Of a stretch of DNA of 54,548 bases, positions 7,056-15,282 are shown piece by piece (within the stretch, counting starts at the first letter, position 1; each line of letters starts with the position of its first letter). Origin of the DNA: an uncultured Piscirickettsiaceae bacterium (GTDB lineage: Bacteria > Pseudomonadota > Gammaproteobacteria > GCF-002020875); NCBI GenBank assembly GCA_964654355.1, contig CAZZIQ010000002.1:1-54548 (forward strand). The letters run 5' to 3'. Below the pieces are notes generated by a model. The model did no database searches. It had not been told where the DNA came from and saw nothing but the letters and a program-made list of their open reading frames with translations. The position numbers and the translations under genes are program-made.

Positions 7056-9614
7056 TTATGTAGATTTATTTGATTTGGTCTGCGTGATGTTGTCCATGAG
7101 GCGTAAGCCAGCAAACGCGTCTTTAGCGTAATGCACAGATTCGCCTTTTTCGTAGGCGTTGCGGCAATCTTCTTCAACAAACTTTCGGGTAAGCGCAGCG
7201 CCACCAAGAAGTACCGGGACATCAAAACCCGCGCGTTTCATTTCTTCGAGGTTCTCTTTCATGATCACCGTTGACTTCACCAGTAGGCCGGACATACCGA
7301 TTGCATCGGCGGCATGCTGACGCGCAGCTTCCATGATGTTGCCAACTGGCTGCTTGATGCCAAGATTAATGACCTTGTAGCCGTTGTTGGTGAGAATGAT
7401 ATCGACAAGATTCTTGCCGATATCATGAACATCGCCTTTGACGGTGGCCAAAACTAAGATTCCCTTGGCGCTGCCATCCTTCTTTTCCATAAAGGGTTCG
7501 AGATAAGCCACTGCAGCTTTCATGGTCTCGGCAGATTGCAGCACAAAAGGTAACTGCATTTCGCCCGCACCAAATAGCTCGCCAACTACGCGCATGCCAT
7601 CCAATAAAAGTTCATTGATGATTGCCAAAGGATCATATTTGTCCATGGCCTTTTTCAAATCATCATCGAGTCCCTGGCGATCACCATCAATAATGCGTTG
7701 TTTCAGCGTTTCTTCGATGCTGAGGTCCTTCTTTTTGACCGAGGTGTCGGCCGCTACATCTTTAAACAAGCCGACAAATGCCATTAACGGATCTTGCTCA
7801 TCAACCCAACGATTGAAGATCAGATTCTCCGCAGCAATACGCTGGGCTTCATCAATTTTATGCAGCGGCACGATCTTGGAGATATGCAAAATTGCAGCAG
7901 TCATGCCACGTTGCTGGGCGTAGTGCATAAATACCGAATTCAGGACATGGCGCGCTGCAGGTTTCAAACCGAACGAGATGTTGGAGAGTCCGAGCACGAT
8001 CCCACATTCTGGCATTTCTGTCGCAATGCGTTCAATTGCGTCCAGCGTTTCAATCCCGAGCGCGCGATCATCATCAACCCCGGTTGCGATGGTGAAGGTC
8101 AGGGGGTCAAACAATAAGTCGCTGGGTGGCAAGCCATGCTGATGGACAGCAAAGTCATACAAGCGTTTGGCAATGCGTAACTTGCCTTCTGCATCTTTGG
8201 CCATGCCGATTTCATCAATGGTAAGAGCGATCACCGCTGCGCCATATTTCCGGGCAAAGCCGAGTACTTGTGCGGGGCGCTCTTCGCCGTCCTCAAAGTT
8301 GATCGAATTGATGATCGCTTTGCCACCATACAACTTGAGTGATGAATCGAGTACAGGCGCTTCGGTGGAATCGATAACCAGCGGTACGGAAATAGCGCCA
8401 CGGTAGCGCGAGATCACTTCCTCGGCATCACGCGCTTCATTGCGACCGACATAAGCTACGCACACGTCCAGCGCATGCGAGCCTTCACGAACTTGGTCGC
8501 GCCCAATGGAGGTTAGTGCGTCCCAGTTTTCATCCGCAAGGAGATCACGAAACTTCTTAGAGCCATTTGCATTCGAGCGTTCGCCGATTGCAAATACAGC
8601 CGCTTCTTGGCGCAAGGGCACAGAGGAATACAGTGAGCTCACGGCAGGAATCAGCTTCGTATCGCGTTGGATAGGCGCGGAGGTGCTGCGCGTATCAAGC
8701 ATCTTGCGTACCGCTTTGATATGCGCTGGCGTGGTACCACAACAGCCACCAACAAGATTGACGCCATCTTCTTCGACAAAGCGGCGATGCCAATCTGCCA
8801 GTTCATCCGGAAGTAGTGGATATTCGGTTTTGCCATCGACCAACATTGGCAATCCAGCATTCGGCATGATCGAAATCATCCCGGGCCAATTCTCCGAGAG
8901 GGTGCGAACATGTTCGGCCATTTCAGCCGGGCCAGTTGCACAGTTCATGCCGATGAAGTCGACACCCATCGCAGCCAGCGTGGTGATTGCACATTGCATA
9001 TCCGCCCCGACCAGCATGGTGCCGGTTGTTTCGATGGTGACTTGCGCCATAACTGGCAGTTTGATGCCTTTCTCAGTGCTAGCGACCCGAATACCGGAAA
9101 GCGCGGCTTTCATGGTTAGTAGGTCTTGATGGGTTTCCAGCAGGAATGCATCAATGCCGCCGTCGATGAGCCCGCGTGCTTGTTCAGCATAGGATGCTTC
9201 AAGGGTGTCGAAATCAATGTGGCCAAGACTGGCGAGTTTCGTACCCGGCCCCATGGAGCCTAAGACATAGCGTGGTTGATCTGGTGTGCTAAAGCGTGCG
9301 GCGACGCGCTGCGCTTGTTGTGCAGCGAGGACGTTCAGCTCATACGCCAGCTCTGGAATGCCAAACTCAGCTAAGACCACCGCGTTAGCGCCAAATGTGT
9401 TGGTTTCCACGCAATCAGCGCCCACCTCAAAGTAGGCCGTATGCATGCCTTCAACGAAGTCAGGACGAGTCTGGCACAAGATTTCAGAGCAGTTCTCGTG
9501 GCCCAGGAAATCTTGATCGAGGTCAAGATCAGCTTCTTGAATCAGGGTACCTGTTGCGCCGTCACAAAGCAGCACATGTTCACGCAGGCGGTCAAGAAAG
9601 GCAGGTTTACTCAT
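7056..9614 (-). CDS. metH: Cobalamin-dependent methionine synthase, short form (Hcy, pterin, B12-cap and B12 domains; no AdoMet reactivation domain)
   Basis: MSKPAFLDRLREHVLLCDGATGT N-terminus, GGCCGTTPAHI Zn site, and the B12 motif GDVHDIGKN. The protein ends about 125 aa after the His ligand. The ORF-track start at 9629 is TTG; the ATG is at 9614. Confidence 0.9.
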   Translation of the reverse strand: MSKPAFLDRLREHVLLCDGATGTLIQEADLDLDQDFLGHENCSEILCQTRPDFVEGMHTAYFEVGADCVETNTFGANAVVLAEFGIPELAYELNVLAAQQAQRVAARFSTPDQPRYVLGSMGPGTKLASLGHIDFDTLEASYAEQARGLIDGGIDAFLLETHQDLLTMKAALSGIRVASTEKGIKLPVMAQVTIETTGTMLVGADMQCAITTLAAMGVDFIGMNCATGPAEMAEHVRTLSENWPGMISIMPNAGLPMLVDGKTEYPLLPDELADWHRRFVEEDGVNLVGGCCGTTPAHIKAVRKMLDTRSTSAPIQRDTKLIPAVSSLYSSVPLRQEAAVFAIGERSNANGSKKFRDLLADENWDALTSIGRDQVREGSHALDVCVAYVGRNEARDAEEVISRYRGAISVPLVIDSTEAPVLDSSLKLYGGKAIINSINFEDGEERPAQVLGFARKYGAAVIALTIDEIGMAKDAEGKLRIAKRLYDFAVHQHGLPPSDLLFDPLTFTIATGVDDDRALGIETLDAIERIATEMPECGIVLGLSNISFGLKPAARHVLNSVFMHYAQQRGMTAAILHISKIVPLHKIDEAQRIAAENLIFNRWVDEQDPLMAFVGLFKDVAADTSVKKKDLSIEETLKQRIIDGDRQGLDDDLKKAMDKYDPLAIINELLLDGMRVVGELFGAGEMQLPFVLQSAETMKAAVAYLEPFMEKKDGSAKGILVLATVKGDVHDIGKNLVDIILTNNGYKVINLGIKQPVGNIMEAARQHAADAIGMSGLLVKSTVIMKENLEEMKRAGFDVPVLLGGAALTRKFVEEDCRNAYEKGESVHYAKDAFAGLRLMDNITQTKSNKST

Positions 9615-9650
9615 ACGTGTAATCTTCAAGTCTCTATTAGAAAACGGGGC

Positions 9651-10055
9651 TTAGCATTGTTCCCAGGGTAAGCCGCGAAAGCGCCAGCCGCCCACGGTAC
9701 TCCGGTGGTGTGCCTCATCCAGCTCGCCCTCGAAGCCTTCATCTATATGGCTAACGGCAGTGAAGCCATGTGTGCGTAGCGCAGTGCTGGCTTCCAATGA
9801 GCGTTTGCCGGAGCGGCAGATCAAGATCACGGGGTCCGTTGGTGTACGTCCTCGCACAGCAAGCTCTTTGCGTACGGCGCCGACAAAGTCAGGATTGACC
9901 TCCCAGTTGGGTTCATCAATCCAGGGCACATGAACAGATCCTCGGGGATGGCCCACGAACAAAAACTCCATACTGGAGCGAATGTCGATGAGCGTCGCAC
10001 GCGGATCTTGTTGCAAGAGGTCCCATGCCGCTTGGGGGCTGAGATGGGTTTGCAT
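9651..10055 (-). CDS. Single-domain rhodanese-like sulfurtransferase
   Basis: Active-site loop ILICRSGKRS, about 134 aa starting at MQTHLSPQAAWDLL. The longer ORF-track start (10217) overlaps ttcA. The start is uncertain because no clear SD is present. Confidence 0.75.
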   Translation of the reverse strand: MQTHLSPQAAWDLLQQDPRATLIDIRSSMEFLFVGHPRGSVHVPWIDEPNWEVNPDFVGAVRKELAVRGRTPTDPVILICRSGKRSLEASTALRTHGFTAVSHIDEGFEGELDEAHHRSTVGGWRFRGLPWEQC

Positions 10056-10193
10056 GTTAAGGGCGCTGGTGGAGGAGGAATTCACTGCGTAAGTATAGTG
10101 CAGCATGCGGTTTGCGGACGATTCGCGCAGGTTTTCAGGCGTGTTCCGGGTCTTGGGCTTGGCAGGAAGGGAGCAGCTGGGTACCTTTCGCGC

Positions 10194-11015
10194 ATGTCTA
10201 CATCGATCCAGCCCCACGTCTTCACTGAGCCCGAGCGGGTGCGTTCGGCAGAACCGTCGAAGTATGTAGTGGTCCCACCCAAAAACCTGTTACGTCGTGT
10301 GGGTCGTGCTATTGCCGATTTCGACATGATTCGAGATGGCGATCGGATTCTGCTCGGACTCTCTGGCGGCAAAGATTCGTTGAGTCTTTTGCATATCCTG
10401 CGGCACTTGCAGCGCTATGCCCCGGTTCGTTTTGAGCTTGCTGTGGCAACGGTCGACTCGCAAACTGGTGGCTACGACCCAGCTCCGCTTAAGCCTTATG
10501 TTGAAGGCCTCGGATTAACGCACCACCTGGAATCTCAGCCGGTGATGGAACAAGCCAAAGGCCATATGGATGGAGATTCATTCTGCTCTTTCTGCTCGCG
10601 CATGCGTCGTGGGATTTTGTATCGCCTGATGCGTGAGCATGGTTATAACGTCTTGGCATTAGGGCAGCATCTAGATGATCTGGCGGAAAGCTTCTTAATG
10701 TCCGCGTTTCATGAAGGGCGTTTGAACACCATGAAAGCGCACTATCGAAATGATGCGGGTGATGCGCGGGTGATTCGGCCGTTGTGCTATGTACGTGAGC
10801 GGCAAACCGCGGCATTTGCCATCGAGGCGGAGTTTCCGGTCATTCATGAAAATTGTCCGGCATGCTTTGGGCCGCCAACCCGCCGCCAACATATGAAAAC
10901 ACTGCTAGCGCAGGAGGAACGACTGAGTCCCAATCTTTTTGCAGCATTGAAATCGGCATTGCGTCCGCTGATGGAAAGTGAGGAAACGCCGCCGAAAGCA
11001 GGGACGCGCGCTTAA
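10194..11015 (+). CDS. ttcA: tRNA 2-thiocytidine(32) synthetase TtcA-family PP-loop ATPase
   Basis: The PP-loop LGLSGGKDSLSLLHIL is preceded by RRVGRAIADFDMIRDGDRI. CSFCSRMRRG and CPACF cysteine motifs are present. Start trimmed from 9930 to ATG 10194. Confidence 0.85.
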   Translation: MSTSIQPHVFTEPERVRSAEPSKYVVVPPKNLLRRVGRAIADFDMIRDGDRILLGLSGGKDSLSLLHILRHLQRYAPVRFELAVATVDSQTGGYDPAPLKPYVEGLGLTHHLESQPVMEQAKGHMDGDSFCSFCSRMRRGILYRLMREHGYNVLALGQHLDDLAESFLMSAFHEGRLNTMKAHYRNDAGDARVIRPLCYVRERQTAAFAIEAEFPVIHENCPACFGPPTRRQHMKTLLAQEERLSPNLFAALKSALRPLMESEETPPKAGTRA

Positions 11016-11026
11016 AACGTTGTGGT

Positions 11027-12478
11027 CTATTTGCGCCAGAATTCGGGTGTCAGCAGAACCAAGATGCTAAATACTTCCAAGCGGCCCAGCAACATGGCAA
11101 AGCTTAACAACCATTTTGCGGTGTCGTTGATATTGCCGTAGTGCGAACCTACTTCACCCAGTCCTGGGCCAAGATTATTGATGCACGCAGCCAGCGCAGA
11201 GAAGGCGGTTGTCTGATCCAATCCAGTCGCCATGAGAGCCAACATCAAGAAACTGAAGCTGGCGACATAGAGCGAGAAGAACCCCCATACCGCGGTGAAC
11301 ACCTTGTCGGACATTGGCCGCCCACCGACACGAATAGTGATGCGTGCGTTCGGATGCACGAGCTGACGAATCTCGCGCATCCCTTGTTTGATCAATAGCA
11401 AGAAACGAATTACTTTCATGCCGCCGCCGGTCGACATAGCACAAGCACCGACAAAGCTGGTGAAGATCAAGAGCACAGGCAAGAAGCTCGGCCACGTGAA
11501 ATAGTCAGCAGTTGTAAAGCCGGTTGTTGTTGCAATCGAGACAGTTTGAAAAATGCCATGATGCAATGCGTCTACCGGGTCCGTGAATGTTCCGGAATGC
11601 ATTAAGAACAAAACCGTGATTGTTGCAACGACTGCTAGCATGGAAATGTAAAAACGGAATTCGGCATCCTGCCAATACGGCCGTAAGGTCAACTTGCGCA
11701 TGGCTAGAAAATGCAGCGAGAAGTTGACCCCTGCCAGTAGCATAAAAATTACTGCAATCGCTTCGATCAGAGGACTATCGAACCATCCCATACTTGTATC
11801 ATGAGTAGAGAAGCCGCCGATGGCTACAGTTGAGAAGGCATGCGCGAGCGCATCAAACGGTGTCATACCGGCAAGCCAATAAGCGATCCCACAGGAAATG
11901 GTGAGGCCAAGATAGATGTACCAAAGGGCCTTTGCTGTTTCGGTAATGCGAGGTGTGAGCTTGCTGTCTTTGATGGGACCAGGTGTTTCGGCGCGATAAA
12001 GCTGCATGCCACCGACGCCCAGCATCGGCAGAATGGCAACCGCTAATACGATGATGCCCATGCCACCGAGCCACTGGAGTTGCTGGCGATAGAACAAAAT
12101 AGAGTGTGGCAGATGATCAATGCCGGTCAGTACCGTGGCTCCGGTTGTGGTTAGGCCTGACATGGATTCGAAAATGGCATCGGTGATGCTCATGTGCGGT
12201 TCGGTGCCGAGTGCCAACGGTACGGCACCGGAAAGACCCAAGACGGTCCAGAGTAGGACGACTACAAGGAAGCCATCGCGTGTGCGCAGTTCAGCCCTAA
12301 TGCCTCGTACAGGGACCCAGATCAGCATGCCGGCGAGCAGAATGAGCGCAAAGCCGAGCAAAAAAGCCTGTAGCCCACCATCCTGATAATGCAGCGCGAC
12401 AAAAATCGGCGGCAGCATGGTCAGGCTGAACAACATCAGCAACAGACCCAGAATGCGTTGAATAACTTTTGGCTGCAT
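11027..12478 (-). CDS. trkH: Trk-type K+ uptake membrane protein TrkH
   Basis: 483 aa polytopic protein with repeated selectivity-filter-like TTTG/TGF segments (MSGLTTTGAT, IATTTGFTT). It sits directly downstream of trkA. Confidence 0.9.
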   Translation of the reverse strand: MQPKVIQRILGLLLMLFSLTMLPPIFVALHYQDGGLQAFLLGFALILLAGMLIWVPVRGIRAELRTRDGFLVVVLLWTVLGLSGAVPLALGTEPHMSITDAIFESMSGLTTTGATVLTGIDHLPHSILFYRQQLQWLGGMGIIVLAVAILPMLGVGGMQLYRAETPGPIKDSKLTPRITETAKALWYIYLGLTISCGIAYWLAGMTPFDALAHAFSTVAIGGFSTHDTSMGWFDSPLIEAIAVIFMLLAGVNFSLHFLAMRKLTLRPYWQDAEFRFYISMLAVVATITVLFLMHSGTFTDPVDALHHGIFQTVSIATTTGFTTADYFTWPSFLPVLLIFTSFVGACAMSTGGGMKVIRFLLLIKQGMREIRQLVHPNARITIRVGGRPMSDKVFTAVWGFFSLYVASFSFLMLALMATGLDQTTAFSALAACINNLGPGLGEVGSHYGNINDTAKWLLSFAMLLGRLEVFSILVLLTPEFWRK

Positions 12479-12486
12479 GAATAGGC

Positions 12487-13866
12487 CTAGAACAGACTGC
12501 TGCGCGGTTGGAATAGTTTTTCAACGTCACGCATGCGATGTTTTTCGACCAAGAACAAGATCACATGATCCTCGGTTTCAATGACCGTATCGTGATGCGC
12601 AATTAAGACTTCATTGCCGCGTACGATTGCGCCGATCGTGCAGCCTGACGGTAACTTAATTTCATCGATCGCGCGGCCGACAACACGGGACGTATTGGCA
12701 TCACCGTGTGCGACTGCCTCTAGCGCTTCCGCGGCACCTTTGCGTAGTGAATGCGCAACGACTACATCGCCACGGCGCACATGCGCGAGCAGGACGCTGA
12801 TGGTGGCCTGTTGCGGTGATATCGCAATGTCGATGCTTTCATTATTTTCGATTAGACGTGCATACGCAGGCCGATTGATCAGCGCCATAACTTTGCGTGC
12901 GCCGAGTCGTTTTGCCAGCATCGAAGACAGAATATTAGCTTCGTCGCTGCTGGTGACCGCAACAAAGATATCCGTTTCTTCAATCCCTTCTTCAAGTAGT
13001 AGATCTTCACTGGCGGCGTCACCTTGCAACACGATGGTCTTGGAGAGTTTTTCCGAGAGCATGCGCGTGGTTTCGCTGTTGTGATCAATCAGCTTGACCT
13101 GATAGCGCCCCTCTAGAGCACCGGCAAGACGTTCGCCAATGTTGCCGCCGCCAACAATCATAACGCGGCGATAGGGACGCTCACGCCGGCGCAACTCATT
13201 CATCACTTCGCTAATATTTTCGCGTGCAGCAATGATGTGGACTTCATCATCCACTTCAATGACGGTATCGCCTTTGGGCAGGATGGGGCGCCCACGGCGG
13301 AAGATTGCCGCAATTCGCGTGTCCACGTCGGGCATATGTTCGCGCAGCTCGCGAACTTCTTGTCCGACCAGTGCGCCGCCATAGTAAGCCTTGACTGCAA
13401 CGAGACGCACTCGTCCTTGTGCGAACTCAAGCACCTGTAGTGCGCCTGGCGTTTCAATTAAGCGTCGGATGTAGTCTGTGACAACTTGCTCAGGGCTGAT
13501 CACCATATCCACCGGGATCGCTTCCGGTCGGAATAGTTGCTGAGTGGCGTCCACATATTCACGCGCCCGAACGCGCGCAATTTTGGTGGGCACATGAAAT
13601 AGGGTGTGACCAATTTGGCAGGCGAGCATATTGACCTCGTCGCTATTGGTAACGGCCAGCAACATATCCGCTTGCTCAATCCCGGCTTGGGTAAGCACTT
13701 CAGGATGCGATGCCAGGCCTTGTACGGTGCGAATATCGAGTCGATCTTGCAAAGCCATCAGTGAATCACGATCGGTATCAACCACCGTGATGTCATTGTC
13801 TTCGCTGGCAAGATTTTCTGCGACGGAACTGCCGACTTGGCCGGCGCCAAGAATTACGATGCGCAT
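12487..13866 (-). CDS. trkA: Trk system NAD-binding component TrkA
   Basis: Two Rossmann repeats (MRIVILGAGQVGSSVA and VMIVGGGNIGERLA), 459 aa. Confidence 0.92.
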   Translation of the reverse strand: MRIVILGAGQVGSSVAENLASEDNDITVVDTDRDSLMALQDRLDIRTVQGLASHPEVLTQAGIEQADMLLAVTNSDEVNMLACQIGHTLFHVPTKIARVRAREYVDATQQLFRPEAIPVDMVISPEQVVTDYIRRLIETPGALQVLEFAQGRVRLVAVKAYYGGALVGQEVRELREHMPDVDTRIAAIFRRGRPILPKGDTVIEVDDEVHIIAARENISEVMNELRRRERPYRRVMIVGGGNIGERLAGALEGRYQVKLIDHNSETTRMLSEKLSKTIVLQGDAASEDLLLEEGIEETDIFVAVTSSDEANILSSMLAKRLGARKVMALINRPAYARLIENNESIDIAISPQQATISVLLAHVRRGDVVVAHSLRKGAAEALEAVAHGDANTSRVVGRAIDEIKLPSGCTIGAIVRGNEVLIAHHDTVIETEDHVILFLVEKHRMRDVEKLFQPRSSLF

Positions 13867-13899
13867 GTCATAAGTCCTGCTAGTGCTCTAGAGGAAAAG

Positions 13900-15282
13900 C
13901 TAATTGGATTCGCTCGATTCGGGGTGGCGTGGGTCAATCCCAAGCCCTTTTAGTTTGCGATAGAGGTTGGTCCGTTCGACCCCAGCCCGATCTGCGGTTT
14001 GAGTTACGTTGCCATGAGTGTCGCGTAAATGAAAAAGAAAGTAACGGCGTTCAAATTCATCACGCGCTTCGCGTAAAGGCAAATCAAAGCGCAAACCTTC
14101 GGTCTCTTCGCTACTCGCCTGGCTGGCCGCAGCCTTGCGCAGCATGGAGGCGGGCAACTCGCTGGCCTCAATCGTGTTGCCCGAGCCTAAGATCAGTAAA
14201 CGCTGCACCAAATTCTTTAGCTCAAGCACATTGCCCGGCCATGGGTATTGCCGCAGCTGATTGAGCAGCGCCATGCTCGGCTCGCGATAGGAAAGATTTT
14301 CATGGAGTGAGAAATGGTTGATGTAGTATTGCACGAGCTCAGGAATATCCTGGGCGTGCTCACGCAGCGGCGGGATTTGTAGTGGCAATACGTTGAGGTG
14401 ATAGAGCAAATCTTCGCGGAAGCGCCCCTGCGCAACCTCCTGCTCCAAGTCGCACTGACTCGAGACGATTAAACGGAAGTTGGGGGCAACCGGCTCGTGG
14501 CCGCCGGCACGCAAGAAATTTTTGTTTTCAAGCGCGCTGAGAAGTCGTCCTTGCGCATCCAAATCGAGGTCGCCGATTTCTTCCAAGAACAGGGTGCCAC
14601 CATCGGCACGCTCGAGCAGGCCGTAGTAGATCTGCCCAGCAGACTCGCTACCAAAAAGTTCTTGTGCTGCATTCTCGCGCGTGATCGATGCAACGGCGCG
14701 ATCAATGAATGGGCCTTGAGCAACGGCGGAGTGGGCATGGATGTAGCGGGCATAGACCTTCTTTCCAGAGCCGGCTTCGCCCATCAACATGACCGGTACG
14801 CGATGCTGGGCAATCCGTTCAGCTTGGGTACGAAGATCTTGCACCATTGGGCTGCGACCGCTCGGTTCGTGCACCGGTTCGCTGCGTTTGCGCAGGCCAA
14901 GGTTTTCCTGACGCAGTCGTGCATGCTCAAGCGCGTTTTGAACGGTGAGCAAAAGCTTGGCCAGCGACAGCGGTTTCTCGAGAAAGTCATAAGCGCCATG
15001 CCGGGTGGCATCGACCGCATGTTCAACCGTGCCATGTCCAGACATCATGATGACGGGGAGGTCGAGCTTCTCTTCTTGCCAGCTCTTGAGTAGCGTCAGG
15101 CCATCAACGTCGGGCATCCAGATGTCCAGTAGAACGAGATCTGGTTTGCGCTGGAGTAGGGCTTCGCGGGCCGTCTGACCGTTCTCCGCTGTCGCCACAG
15201 AGTAGCCCTCATCCTCAAGAATCTCGCGGACGCTGGTGCGAATCTCAGGTTCGTCATCGACGACCAGAATGTGCGCCTTCAT
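13900..15282 (-). CDS. ntrX: NtrC-family response regulator lacking the GAFTGA loop (NtrX-like)
   Basis: Receiver domain (DLVLLDIWMPDVDG), AAA+ Walker A (GEAGSGKK) and C-terminal HTH. The region after ELFG reads SESAGQIYYGLLERADGG, with no GAFTGA. Its ATG overlaps the kinase stop as ATGA. Confidence 0.7.
   Translation of the reverse strand: MKAHILVVDDEPEIRTSVREILEDEGYSVATAENGQTAREALLQRKPDLVLLDIWMPDVDGLTLLKSWQEEKLDLPVIMMSGHGTVEHAVDATRHGAYDFLEKPLSLAKLLLTVQNALEHARLRQENLGLRKRSEPVHEPSGRSPMVQDLRTQAERIAQHRVPVMLMGEAGSGKKVYARYIHAHSAVAQGPFIDRAVASITRENAAQELFGSESAGQIYYGLLERADGGTLFLEEIGDLDLDAQGRLLSALENKNFLRAGGHEPVAPNFRLIVSSQCDLEQEVAQGRFREDLLYHLNVLPLQIPPLREHAQDIPELVQYYINHFSLHENLSYREPSMALLNQLRQYPWPGNVLELKNLVQRLLILGSGNTIEASELPASMLRKAAASQASSEETEGLRFDLPLREARDEFERRYFLFHLRDTHGNVTQTADRAGVERTNLYRKLKGLGIDPRHPESSESN

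Noticed and set aside
9930-10193. N-terminal extensions suggested by the ORF track. They affect ttcA (9930), the rhodanese gene (10217), orf201 (25175), aroB (36312), pilN (40290), tsaD (48610), folB (50125), uppP (53153), ntrY (17603) and orf227 (5681).
   Set aside because: The extensions overlap neighbouring genes or divergent promoters, and they add non-conserved Arg-rich sequence ahead of canonical N-termini. Internal ATGs give the expected family lengths and often form ATGA coupling junctions.
10105-10236. 43-codon plus-strand ORF in the rhodanese/ttcA divergent region, downstream of a GGAGGAGGA tract.
   Set aside because: The purine tract is about 25 nt from the ATG, which is too far for an SD. 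The ORF overlaps the ttcA start in another frame and shows no peptide features.
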